Below, in pieces: positions 34,148-43,177 of a stretch of 49,105 nt of DNA; positions within the stretch are counted from its first letter, which is position 1; the number at the start of each line of letters is the position of its first letter. The position numbers and the translations under genes are program-made. The stretch spans positions 1 to 49,105 of the forward strand of contig JAICHO010000003.1 of the NCBI GenBank assembly GCA_025924835.1, written 5' to 3'. Below the pieces are notes generated by a model. The model had not been told where the DNA came from. It searched no databases and saw only the letters and a list, made by a program, of their open reading frames with translations. Source of the DNA: Candidatus Saccharimonadota bacterium (GTDB lineage: Bacteria > Patescibacteriota > Saccharimonadia > Saccharimonadales > JAICHO01).

Positions 34148-36172
34148 ATGTTTAAGTTTCCGCTGAAACGCCTCTTCCGTATACGCCAGGCTGCTTCGTG
34201 GCAGCAAGGGGGCAATCTGGAGCGCCGGTTTATTATCAGAGTGCTTGCTCCGCCCTTTTTCATACTGCTGGTGTTTGGGCTGATCGGGCTATGGCAAATC
34301 AACAATTTTATTACTAATCAAGCTGTCGGTGAGCTGAACCGCTCGGCGATTTCCACCGCCGCCAAGACGGAGCGTGAATTTGCTATTCGCCAAACGGTGT
34401 TAAAACGCACCGGCGAAGACTTATTGAAAATAAAAGACGACTATCAAAAAGATCGCCAAACGCTTGACCAAAATCGCCAGGATTGCAGTACCTACGTTAA
34501 GCAAAAAAAGACGTACGTAGGAGCTCCCAACGGTATGTGTGATCCTTTTTTACCCGCGTTTTCAAGCAAGGGCGTCAGCCTGCAGGCTATAGAAGACAGT
34601 TACGTTCAAACAGGTAAACAGCTGACGCTAAATCAAGAGCAAAAGATAAAAGACAGGCTTTCGGCATATAACCAGTTTTTTCCGGAGACTAGAGTTTTGC
34701 TTGTTGGTGATGCCAAACAGCAAATTGTAAGCTCGGCAACGTCCGGCAATATTAACGCGCCGAACCAAACTTTTTTGCCCTATCTTAGCCGCGTTAGTTC
34801 ACGGGCTATAGAGGGACAAATATTCAACACGCAGGATATACGCTTAGCGGTATTCGCCTACCCTATTACTGGCGGCAGTGTTCTGGCCGCATATGATCTA
34901 GACAGCCCAAGTTTTATAAAACAGACATGGGACAGTACGCCCATAGATCATTCCAAGGCTTTGGCCGTTATTTTGGATAGCTCCGGACAGGCAGCTTTTC
35001 CTAATGCTAAACCGGCAGATAGTTTTAAGGCCGCTAACACGGCACTGCGAACAGGTCACTACACCCAGATAAATTTAAAAGGCATTCCACATATTGCCGT
35101 CGGTGCAGCGGCCGGGCCTTCTGGCTGGCTCGTCGCCGTCGCGTCACCTCGTGCGGTGGTATTTGGGCCGCTCCGCGACGCGCAATTGGCAGCCACGCTT
35201 ATTATCGGTCTGCTGCTGGTTGGCTTTTTATGGGTGGGGGCTATATTTATCCAGCGTACTGTGCGCAGTATTATGCAATTGGTCAGCGGTGCCCTGTTGT
35301 TCGCGGGCGGCAAGCTGGATTACTCTATTCATCTGCCGCATGCCGATAAGGAGTTTGATCAACTTGCTGAAACTATGAACATTATGGCCTGGCGGATAGC
35401 GGACGCCGAAAAGGAAATTGACAAAAAGAACAAAGAATTTATATCCATTGCAACACATGAACTTCGTACGCCATTGACGGCCATACTGGGCAACTTGTCT
35501 ATAGCGATGGAGGATTTTGGCGACAAACTACATGGTCCAGTTAAGCCGATTATAGAACAAGCGCATACCGGTACTCTCCGTTTGCGTGATCTGGTAAACG
35601 ACATGCTTGACATGGCACGTTTGGATGGTGGCCGGGTGGAGTTTGTCATAGAAAAACAGGACACCCGCAAAGTCATTCAAGACGTCGTGGACACCTTGCA
35701 TGTTACTGCCGTAGAACAGCACGTTAAGCTGAAATACGTGCATAGCGGAGTCGAGCCGGTGCTGGCTGACAGTGGCAAACTGCGAATTGTGCTGAATAAT
35801 TTTATATCTAACGCCATTAAATATAACCGGGCCGGTGGCAGCGTAAAGGTATTTCACATGCATAAGGACGGGAGGCTAGTAACAGGGGTAGCGGATACTG
35901 GCTTAGGTATCCCGGACGAACAAAAAGCCCACATTTTTGAAAAGTTTTTCCGTGTTAGCAATGCCGATCGCAAAAATGTGACTGGTACTGGTTTGGGTAT
36001 GTACATAACCAGACGATATGTGCTTGCCATGGGGGGCCAGGTCTGGTTTGAATCGGTTCATGGTAAGGGCACCACCTTTTACTTCAGCTTGCCTATGGCT
36101 GAAAAAACTCCTGATAAACATGTACCATTATTACTGACAGAGGGCTCAAAACACGCAACCACGCAACCCTAA
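34148..36172 (+). CDS. orphan membrane sensor histidine kinase (large extracytoplasmic domain + HAMP)
   Basis: Two TM helices flank a ~290-aa sensor domain. H-box HELRTPLTAILGN, N-box NFISNAIKYN, DTGLGI and GTGLGM are present. Start set to ATG 34148, which is 7 nt after TACAAT (34135..34140). The track start is TTG 34121. Confidence 0.85.
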   Translation: MFKFPLKRLFRIRQAASWQQGGNLERRFIIRVLAPPFFILLVFGLIGLWQINNFITNQAVGELNRSAISTAAKTEREFAIRQTVLKRTGEDLLKIKDDYQKDRQTLDQNRQDCSTYVKQKKTYVGAPNGMCDPFLPAFSSKGVSLQAIEDSYVQTGKQLTLNQEQKIKDRLSAYNQFFPETRVLLVGDAKQQIVSSATSGNINAPNQTFLPYLSRVSSRAIEGQIFNTQDIRLAVFAYPITGGSVLAAYDLDSPSFIKQTWDSTPIDHSKALAVILDSSGQAAFPNAKPADSFKAANTALRTGHYTQINLKGIPHIAVGAAAGPSGWLVAVASPRAVVFGPLRDAQLAATLIIGLLLVGFLWVGAIFIQRTVRSIMQLVSGALLFAGGKLDYSIHLPHADKEFDQLAETMNIMAWRIADAEKEIDKKNKEFISIATHELRTPLTAILGNLSIAMEDFGDKLHGPVKPIIEQAHTGTLRLRDLVNDMLDMARLDGGRVEFVIEKQDTRKVIQDVVDTLHVTAVEQHVKLKYVHSGVEPVLADSGKLRIVLNNFISNAIKYNRAGGSVKVFHMHKDGRLVTGVADTGLGIPDEQKAHIFEKFFRVSNADRKNVTGTGLGMYITRRYVLAMGGQVWFESVHGKGTTFYFSLPMAEKTPDKHVPLLLTEGSKHATTQP

Positions 36173-36197
36173 CCCGGTACAACGACGCTTTAAGCTA

Positions 36198-36226
36198 TTG
36201 ACTACTGATTAATATTAGTTTATAAT
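36198..36226 (+). promoter_or_regulatory. near-consensus sigma70 promoter TTGACT-17-TATAAT (leaderless start)
   Basis: TTGACT at 36198..36203, a 17-nt spacer, then TATAAT at 36221..36226. The track ATG (36225) lies inside the -10 box, and ATG 36234 is 7 nt downstream. Confidence 0.7.
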
Positions 36227-36233
36227 GCACCAA

Positions 36234-36851
36234 ATGAAGTTAAAGCGTCCAAGAGACATGCTGATTGGTGTTGGTCTGCTGACATCCCTAACACTAGGTA
36301 CTTATGCGGGCGACGCTGCCCCGCACTATGCTGAAGGCGCGTACGCACCGGTCACCGTTGACTACAGTGCAAGATTGAAACTATTGGCGGGCAGTATCAT
36401 TAGTTTAGCCCCAAGAGTACCAGATCATTATGAGGGCAAACCGCCCCACTCAGTTGGCTTTACGGTACCAACCGAGAACTCCGGCACTGTATATGTACAA
36501 ACTCAAACCTCAGGCAAAAATATGGATGCCGCCCATGTTGTCATGGTTGACGTACAACAAGACGTATCTAGCGGCCGGTCATTTGATATTTCGTTCTACA
36601 AGCGAACAGATGATACATGGAATGCCATTTGCACTAACAACGTGAGCGTTACCGGAGCTGGCATAGCAGAAGTTGGTCAGCAAACCGCATATGCTGGCAA
36701 CAAGGAGGTGCTTATGGATCCTGCGATGGCCGATGCAATTTTAAGCACTGAAATCACGGCCGCAGACACGGTAGTTAATGCCATAGCTGCTCATGCGCTA
36801 AACAAGCCCATGCCACCCTTCCCTGACATGTGCGCATTCAACCTCGGCTAA
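36234..36851 (+). CDS. secreted hypothetical protein
   Basis: Start moved to ATG 36234. Signal-peptide-like N-terminus (MKLKRPRDMLIGVGLLTSLTLGTYAGDA). Confidence 0.6.
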   Translation: MKLKRPRDMLIGVGLLTSLTLGTYAGDAAPHYAEGAYAPVTVDYSARLKLLAGSIISLAPRVPDHYEGKPPHSVGFTVPTENSGTVYVQTQTSGKNMDAAHVVMVDVQQDVSSGRSFDISFYKRTDDTWNAICTNNVSVTGAGIAEVGQQTAYAGNKEVLMDPAMADAILSTEITAADTVVNAIAAHALNKPMPPFPDMCAFNLG

Positions 36852-36937
36852 TTGAAACTTATTTCAAATAGGCCCAATAATATCCCCAAACTCTTAACAA
36901 TAATTCTTTTGCATATGAACAATATTTGTGTAATAAT

Positions 36938-37573
36938 ATGCGCATTATGTCCTTCACAGAGCTGCAAATCAGAACTGCGGTAGCTGATGCTTTAGATTTT
37001 GTTGTAACTGGTGCCGGCCAGTCTTTAGGGGTCGAGCCCCAAGATGGACAATACCGCAACGTATTAGCAGATTACCCGGATACCGCCCGGATTGTCGGCT
37101 ATCCTACCGAGCCCAGCCCTGCCGAGCCTAATGAAGTGTTGGTGGATAGTCTCAGCGAACTTGCCCTTGCGTTAAGAGTCTTAAGCACTATGATTGAGCC
37201 GCCCCTAACAACCCCGCAAATACGCAGCCACTTAGAACACGAAAGGGCCCATAGCGGAGCTGCAAAGGCTGCCGGATTCATGGGGTTAATTTACGGTTTA
37301 GCACTTATAATGCCCCCAGGGCGAGCTCCTACATGGAATGTATTTCATGCGTATCATAATCCAGTAGAGCCTCCAACCAAACTTGCGTTGGCCGCTGTCA
37401 GGGCCGCTCCGCTCGTTCCTTCGCCACGCGATATCATGAGAGTGCAGGAACTTGGTTATGAGGATGTTTATGATGTAGCCAGGCGGATTGACGCCTACAA
37501 CGCCTTAGGGAATGTGCGTTCCCTCCCTCTTCCGCTCAGTTATGTCAGAGGCATAGATCAATTGGCAGGTTAG
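36938..37573 (+). CDS. hypothetical protein with HExxH motif
   Basis: ORF-track frame starting at TTG 36926. ATG 36938 and ATG 36947 are the alternatives, and the latter fits a TAATAAT -10 element at 36931..36937. Contains SHLEHERAHSG (HERAH). Confidence 0.5.
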   Translation: MRIMSFTELQIRTAVADALDFVVTGAGQSLGVEPQDGQYRNVLADYPDTARIVGYPTEPSPAEPNEVLVDSLSELALALRVLSTMIEPPLTTPQIRSHLEHERAHSGAAKAAGFMGLIYGLALIMPPGRAPTWNVFHAYHNPVEPPTKLALAAVRAAPLVPSPRDIMRVQELGYEDVYDVARRIDAYNALGNVRSLPLPLSYVRGIDQLAG

Positions 37574-37782
37574 CTTAGTTTTCGGCACCAAGAGTCCGGA
37601 GGCTATTTATTACAATTTGTTGGGCGAACTCAGTTGTTGCCTTTTGGTCGTAGTGCAAACCATCCTCTTTTTGACTGTTTATTACCTTTACGACTAGGTT
37701 GGAAACCGCAGGAATCAATCATAAATAATGCTTAAGAAACTTCAATACACAACTGTTATTGTAACTTTATTGGGGATTCGGG

Positions 37783-38595
37783 TTATCCAATTATTGGGAC
37801 TAAACCGGATGCCATTAACTCGAGTACCCTTTGATGTACGTCTTGGGGCTTGAATGTAGTAGCTGCCTGGATGTTTGCCTTCAACTTTGGTTGTCTTTCG
37901 CTAGCAGCGTTGGCCATTGCAAGTCGTACGGTCGGCGGATAGCACCTGGCGCTCAGCCGTGAAATGCCAAACACCTCAACCGTATCAACATGCGCCCGCA
38001 ACGCTATTAGACCGGCTGTGGAATCGTGCCATTGACCCTTTATTGCTTCGTTATACCTTAGGTAGGCAAAGCTGTCTGCTGGTACTGTTTGCTTTCCCTT
38101 ACTCGTTTGCAGGGTTGCTTGATCCCATACATACGTGCTCTTTACGCCGCTTGACTTTTGGTAGCCAACAGGCCTGTCGTCTTCCCCAAGAATTACCAGG
38201 CTCGCTTTGCCAGCCCAGCCCGTACTTCGGATATTATCAGGGGTGTGGAATTTTAGCGACCTCATGAGTCGGGGCTCCATTTCTAGGCATAAGCCATCGT
38301 AATGATAGGACGATACGCCTTCCACATGGCTGGCAGCTAACAAAGCTTTGCCGTACTTTGTTTTGGGCTGGGCGCCTTGTACGGGGGAATCTTCTACGAT
38401 GCCCGTAGACCGTTCGCCTAACCAATCCATGGTGTTGTGAAAATCCTCGTCGTCAGCGCCATCTAACTCTTCCCGCAATTCAGCCGGACTTTTGACGTAC
38501 ATATCCTTTAGCAAAGCCATGTCGGCCTCCATGCGGGCTAGAGACCCGACAAGCCTCTCCTGGTTCACGCCAAATAACTCTTGCGACATAAACAA
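37783..38595 (-). CDS. hypothetical protein (270 aa)
   Basis: ORF only. No recognisable motif. Confidence 0.55.
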   Translation of the reverse strand: MFMSQELFGVNQERLVGSLARMEADMALLKDMYVKSPAELREELDGADDEDFHNTMDWLGERSTGIVEDSPVQGAQPKTKYGKALLAASHVEGVSSYHYDGLCLEMEPRLMRSLKFHTPDNIRSTGWAGKASLVILGEDDRPVGYQKSSGVKSTYVWDQATLQTSKGKQTVPADSFAYLRYNEAIKGQWHDSTAGLIALRAHVDTVEVFGISRLSARCYPPTVRLAMANAASERQPKLKANIQAATTFKPQDVHQRVLELMASGLVPIIG

Positions 38596-38652
38596 TACAG
38601 TACAATAAAAGTAACAATAAGTAAATAGTAAGTTTTATCTATGTATTCATAC

Positions 38653-38925
38653 TTAAGCTATAGAAAATCGTGGGACCATTTTATCTTGCCACTCAACTTG
38701 CTCCAACCAAACACTAAGGGGCCTTATAAATGTCAGGCGTTCTCCATACGCAGCTTGATAAATAACGCACAGTTCGTTGCTTGCCTCCAGGAATCCTAGG
38801 CTAATAACTTTATAAACCTTATCAGCACCTTTATAGTGCATGTACGTAGCGCCAATGGTTACCTTTAGCTTAGCAGCGGCTATTTCTTTTGCTAAATCCA
38901 GCTGTTCTTTGTGTGTCTTCCCCAT
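38653..38925 (-). CDS. DUF1653-like protein
   Basis: YMHYKGADKVYKVISLGFLEASNELCVIYQAAYGERLTFIRPLSVWLEQVEW matches the Y-x-HYKG...V-x-Y...RP...F pattern of DUF1653. Confidence 0.6.
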   Translation of the reverse strand: MGKTHKEQLDLAKEIAAAKLKVTIGATYMHYKGADKVYKVISLGFLEASNELCVIYQAAYGERLTFIRPLSVWLEQVEWQDKMVPRFSIA

Positions 38926-39046
38926 TCCAACAATTATATAGACATCCGTATATATTAAATAGCAAGCTCCGCAACTCGCATGCCGAAGCTTTGTAGATAT
39001 TTCATATTTTTACGCTTTGAGTGAAACAAAAAAATAGGCAGGTATA

Positions 39047-39418
39047 TTACTTGGCTGCTTCTAATTCGTGGCTAATCGCTGCGATTAATTGCTTAGGTGA
39101 AAAGTCGGACTTAACTATGTTCCGATGCACTCCAAGTTCTCGCGCCCTTTCTAGTTCTTTGCCAGATGATAGATTACTAATGATAATAATCTTGGACTTC
39201 ATTTTATCAAGATGCTTATAATTTTCTAGGAAATCAATGCCACCCATAACGGGCATCATAAGATCTAGTAGTATCAGGTCATACGTCTGTTCATCGCATT
39301 TAGCCAAGGCGGCCTTGCCGTCACTGGCTACTTCACATATGTAAGGCTGGGTAGACAATATTATTTTGTACGTCTCCCTCAATATAGGCTCGTCCTCAAC
39401 TATCAATATCCTGTGCAT
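39047..39418 (-). CDS. single-domain response regulator (receiver only)
   Basis: ILIVEDE, LILLDLMMP, IIIISN and NIVKS motifs. It lies directly downstream of the PAS kinase. Confidence 0.85.
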   Translation of the reverse strand: MHRILIVEDEPILRETYKIILSTQPYICEVASDGKAALAKCDEQTYDLILLDLMMPVMGGIDFLENYKHLDKMKSKIIIISNLSSGKELERARELGVHRNIVKSDFSPKQLIAAISHELEAAK

Positions 39419-39420
39419 TC

Positions 39421-40518
39421 CTAGCCCCCAATTGGTATGTAAATATGAAAGGTAGACCCAACTCCTGGTTGCGATTCAACATCGATTTTACCATTATGCA
39501 GATCAATAATTTTGTCTACCCAATACAAGCCAAGTCCGCTTCCGGAAACCCGGTGGGACATATCATTAGAAATGCGCTGAAACTTTTCAAATAATTTTGG
39601 TATATCTTCTGGGCTAATACCCACGCCACTGTCTTTGATTGCGATATGGACGTATTGATTCCCAGCTTCTGCAATGATTTCAATTTCGTCACCTTCATCC
39701 GAGTACTTAGAAGCGTTGTCAAGAATATTTTCTATGGCCATACGGAAGTATTGCTCATCAATATAACCCAAAAGCGCCCCCGATTGACGTGATAGCTTTA
39801 AAGATTGACCTTTGTCAGCCAGCACGCCCGAATATTGTTTTTGCAAACTAAGGAGTAGCGCGTTAAGATCATGTGCCTTTTTTCTAAGCACGACTTTACC
39901 CGCGTCCATCTGGGCCACCTGCAGAAGGTTATTTACGATTTCAATTTGTCGCTCGTTGCTTTCATACGTTTTTTCGATAATATTTAAAATATTCTCGGGC
40001 ATTGGGCCACCAAAACCTTCAATAAGTAGGCCCAGTAACTGTTTGATTGCGGTTGCTGGCGTTCGTAATTGGTGCGATGCCAAAGAAATAAAATCATCCT
40101 TAGCTTCGTTAAGCCGCTGTAATTCTTTTTGCTGCTCAAGCAACAACCTATTTGCTGCCTGCAGGCTGTCCTCGTGCTCTTTCCGTTCCGTTAGGTTACG
40201 GGTTACCTTAGCAAAACCCTGCAGCTCACCCTCATCGTCGTATAGGGCAGTAATTACTACATTGGCCCAAAACTTACTCCCGTCTTTTCGCACACGCCAG
40301 CCCTCGTCCTCTACGCGCCCTACCTCTTTTGCGATTTTCAGTTCACGCTCTGGCTTTTTATCCTCAATATCCTTTTGCATGTAAAAGTTCGAAAAATGCT
40401 TACCGATTATTTCACTGGGACGATAGCCTTTGGTCTTCTGCGCGCCCCTGTTCCAGGTCTGTATGTAACCGTCCGCATCCATAAAAAAGATAGCGTAGTC
40501 TTGTACGCTTTCAACCAA
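39421..40518 (-). CDS. cytoplasmic PAS-domain sensor histidine kinase, start codon uncertain
   Basis: PAS segment (VESVQDYAIFFMDADGYIQTWNRGAQKTKGY), H-box SHQLRTPATAIKQL, N-box ILDNASKYS, DSGVGI and GSGLGL. The track start is TTG 40518, but the frame is open upstream to 40650 with no ATG or GTG. Confidence 0.8.
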   Translation of the reverse strand: MVESVQDYAIFFMDADGYIQTWNRGAQKTKGYRPSEIIGKHFSNFYMQKDIEDKKPERELKIAKEVGRVEDEGWRVRKDGSKFWANVVITALYDDEGELQGFAKVTRNLTERKEHEDSLQAANRLLLEQQKELQRLNEAKDDFISLASHQLRTPATAIKQLLGLLIEGFGGPMPENILNIIEKTYESNERQIEIVNNLLQVAQMDAGKVVLRKKAHDLNALLLSLQKQYSGVLADKGQSLKLSRQSGALLGYIDEQYFRMAIENILDNASKYSDEGDEIEIIAEAGNQYVHIAIKDSGVGISPEDIPKLFEKFQRISNDMSHRVSGSGLGLYWVDKIIDLHNGKIDVESQPGVGSTFHIYIPIGG

Positions 40519-40747
40519 AAGCTTGTAGCGCTCTAGTTCTGTTATGGTTCTCTTATGCTCTTGCCGCAGTGTCTGGGCTTTTGTGTCAGCTGTTTTTTTA
40601 GCACTCTGTGTAATAACAAAACTCCATTTGTTACGGCTTACATTAAATCTTCATCATCATTATACGCCCCTTAGTATGACGCTGTGAGAATATTCACTAA
40701 AACAAAAGCACTATGCCTTAGTTAGGCCTAGGCTTTTTGTTGGGCAT

Positions 40748-41698
40748 CTACGAGAGCTGATGAAAATAGTTTCTTTCTAAACTCTCAGGTCTAACAAAAG
40801 CATCTTCTACGATTCCGGATACAAAGAAGTCTATGGAAATTCCGGATACAGGATTTGTATAAATGCAGCCTTCAATCTTGCGGTTGGTCCCAGCTACTTG
40901 TACCACTTTTGGTGTTTTCTCAAGCACCCCGTAATAAGCTTCCGCTAGACCCTCAAACTGTGCTTCAACCGTGGCTCTATCCATCTCGCTCACAGCAATA
41001 ATATCCAGGTCCCCGTACATACCAGGTCGTAATGTAACACTTGGCCCGCTATCACCGTTGGCACTACCGGTTAAAAAGTAATGTATACCGTACTGCAGCC
41101 CAGCCAAACGAAGCTGAGCGACAAACATACAGTCTTCCATTGACAAAGAGGTGTTACGGATAGCCTCACCGTAAATCTCCATGACAGTTGTACCTTCAAA
41201 AACGGAGGCTGGCTTTGGCCTATATGCGGTCTGGTGCCTTGACTCAGGTATAATACGACACATATCAGTTTGGTTTGGCGGCATAACTACAATTGGTGAC
41301 CCAGGCAGCAATCGTGGCGCGATGGCGTCGTATGCTTTGCCAGAAGGTAGCACGTGCTTTTCTTTCATTGGCCCTTTGCCTGCAATCATGATTCCATACA
41401 ATTTGGCGTCCTCTGGAACTTTACCTAGTGCCATCATAAAAGGATCGTCAGTATCCGTAAGGCTGCGTTCTATGACGTGACCGCCGTAGCCTTCGTCTTC
41501 ACCTGCCAGGATACACGCGATCAGCCGTCCGCTGAAAGGTGCCTGGGCAAGAGCAAGCTCACCGAGCACGTCAGCCTTTGCCAGTTCAAGCCGGCCAGGT
41601 ACTTTGATTAATGGGAAGGTGTCAATCACATCCACATCCTGCGGCATTACCCTCGGGAATCGGACCATATCTATATCATGAATAACCGAATTGCTCAC
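40748..41698 (-). CDS. orphan protein with C-terminal pol-beta-superfamily nucleotidyltransferase-like signature
   Basis: A GTG start overlaps the upstream stop by 1 nt (TAGTG). The C-terminal third reads HYFLTGSANGDSGPSVTLRPGMYGDLDIIAVSE ... GISIDFFVSG, which follows the G[SG]...DxD...D pattern. The N-terminal ~170 aa are unrecognised. Confidence 0.45.
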   Translation of the reverse strand: MSNSVIHDIDMVRFPRVMPQDVDVIDTFPLIKVPGRLELAKADVLGELALAQAPFSGRLIACILAGEDEGYGGHVIERSLTDTDDPFMMALGKVPEDAKLYGIMIAGKGPMKEKHVLPSGKAYDAIAPRLLPGSPIVVMPPNQTDMCRIIPESRHQTAYRPKPASVFEGTTVMEIYGEAIRNTSLSMEDCMFVAQLRLAGLQYGIHYFLTGSANGDSGPSVTLRPGMYGDLDIIAVSEMDRATVEAQFEGLAEAYYGVLEKTPKVVQVAGTNRKIEGCIYTNPVSGISIDFFVSGIVEDAFVRPESLERNYFHQLS

Positions 41699-42405
41699 TA
41701 GTAATGCCCTAAGTCGTATGTATTGTCCTGGGACGTATAGAATTCATGGCTGCCCAAATTCTGGATATTCTCAATCGTGGACTTAAACACTTTGTCTTGC
41801 TTGCATAGCTCATCAAAGGTGAGCCAAGCGTTATTGCCACCATCGTAGTCATTAGTTAGCTCACCTGATACGTTTTTGGCTACGAGAATAACGAACAGCT
41901 TGTCTTCCAATAATATTTCGTTGGTGGCAAAATCACGAACACGCCGGAAACCACGGATACTAAAATCAGCATCCAGGCCGGCTTGCCTTTTAAGCTGTCG
42001 TTTGGCGGTAGCTTCAAAAGATTCACCCCATTCGGCACGTCCATGAACTTCGCTCCAATATCCATAAAAAGGATTTCGGGATCTTTTTTGTACCAAATAA
42101 AGCCGCTCCCCGACTTCATTTACTTTAGCTATAACCATGAGGATCGAAACTTTTGGCTGTTTTTCAACCGACCTACGCTGCTCGTTTAAGCTATTGGCGT
42201 ATTCTTTGCCTACCGGCGTGAGCTGATATTGGCCATTTTCTAGTTTTGTCACGTATCCCGATTTAACCAGCTTACGAAGATGGAACTTAAAGGTGTCGCT
42301 GGTGTGTTTGGTCGGGTGCATGAGCGCGTTGAAACGCTCCGATTCCGTATATCGAAGCGAGTGCAGGATAGATACCTGAGTTCTATGTAGTTGCGTTTCG
42401 CCCAT
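41698..42405 (-). CDS. winged-helix + pseudo-Nudix protein (putative nucleotide-ligand-sensing regulator)
   Basis: wHTH segment (FKFHLRKLVKSGYVTKLENGQYQLTPVGK). The Nudix scaffold is retained as GRAEWGE-SFEATAK-RQLKRQAGL, that is G-x5-E-x7-R-Q-L-K-R-Q-x-G-L with the REUxEE glutamates replaced. Confidence 0.6.
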   Translation of the reverse strand: MGETQLHRTQVSILHSLRYTESERFNALMHPTKHTSDTFKFHLRKLVKSGYVTKLENGQYQLTPVGKEYANSLNEQRRSVEKQPKVSILMVIAKVNEVGERLYLVQKRSRNPFYGYWSEVHGRAEWGESFEATAKRQLKRQAGLDADFSIRGFRRVRDFATNEILLEDKLFVILVAKNVSGELTNDYDGGNNAWLTFDELCKQDKVFKSTIENIQNLGSHEFYTSQDNTYDLGHY

Positions 42406-42459
42406 TTTGCCAACCTTACTAAAGTTAATTATATAACAAAACGGCCTAAAACACCAGCT

Positions 42460-42479
42460 TAGGGTACTAATTTACCCTA
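42460..42479. promoter_or_regulatory. 20-bp inverted repeat TAGGGTA-N6-TACCCTA (candidate operator)
   Basis: Perfect 7-bp arms at 42460..42466 and 42473..42479, in the 145-nt divergent intergenic region between 42405 and 42551. Confidence 0.4.
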
Positions 42480-42550
42480 GAATGCTATCCCTGTATTTGT
42501 AAAAGTAGGCGCCAGGCGAGCACCTATTAAGCAATACATAAGGAGTAGTC

Positions 42551-43177
42551 ATGAGCAATAAAGACACAGCTAATGCTTTTGAAGTAGTTGAGGTAACACC
42601 CTGGAACGAGCTTGAAGGAATGCTACGTGAAATCCCGTTATATGGCCAGCCGGATACACGCCCATATGCCGACGCAGACATCAGCATTGAGCGGTTCAGA
42701 CTTTCTGAGCTTGTCCCAACCACCAGATATGTTGTGCGGCAGTTAGTAGAAGTCCAAGCGAATCTTCGGACGGCTTTATTGCCACAAGGTTATGACCAAC
42801 TGGACCTGCGAGCCGGGAGACTAATTTTAGCCAGTCAAAACAGTACCGTTCGTATCATGCCCCCCATTGTTGAGCGCTTTAAGCCCGAGGGCCTGGCCAA
42901 GTATATACTTGACGGATCGCACCGGGCGCAGTTGACATGGCAACTTGCGGCAGAAACAGGTATTGAAGAGCCTGAACTCACTGTCATATATGTCAGGAAT
43001 GGTATCACCTACCCACCGTACGCCCTGCCTAACGCCTGGGAAGAAGTCCAGGTTGTACCCGAGCGTCCCGCGGACAAATCAGTATGGAAAAATTACAGGA
43101 ACTTTCCAAATAGGTATGACCTGTACCGTGACTATGACGGCATTATAGACAGTAAGCCGCGTGGCCTTGATGAGTAA
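42551..43177 (+). CDS. ParB/sulfiredoxin-fold domain protein
   Basis: AAGGAG Shine-Dalgarno. ISIERFRLSELVPTTRYV ... RIMPPIVERF...KYILDGSHRAQL matches the ParB N-terminal-domain layout with a DGxHR core. Confidence 0.55.
   Translation: MSNKDTANAFEVVEVTPWNELEGMLREIPLYGQPDTRPYADADISIERFRLSELVPTTRYVVRQLVEVQANLRTALLPQGYDQLDLRAGRLILASQNSTVRIMPPIVERFKPEGLAKYILDGSHRAQLTWQLAAETGIEEPELTVIYVRNGITYPPYALPNAWEEVQVVPERPADKSVWKNYRNFPNRYDLYRDYDGIIDSKPRGLDE

Noticed and set aside
37574-37782. 209-nt gap between convergent genes, checked for a small ORF or RNA
   Set aside because: The only ORF is a 30-codon reverse-strand frame (MIDSCGFQPSRKGNKQSKRGWFALRPKGNN) with no RBS. I could see no convincing hairpin or terminator.
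39812-40384. 190-aa plus-strand ORF inside the PAS histidine kinase gene
   Set aside because: It is antisense to a gene with unmistakable kinase motifs. The product is a Ser/Cys/Phe-rich string with no start context.
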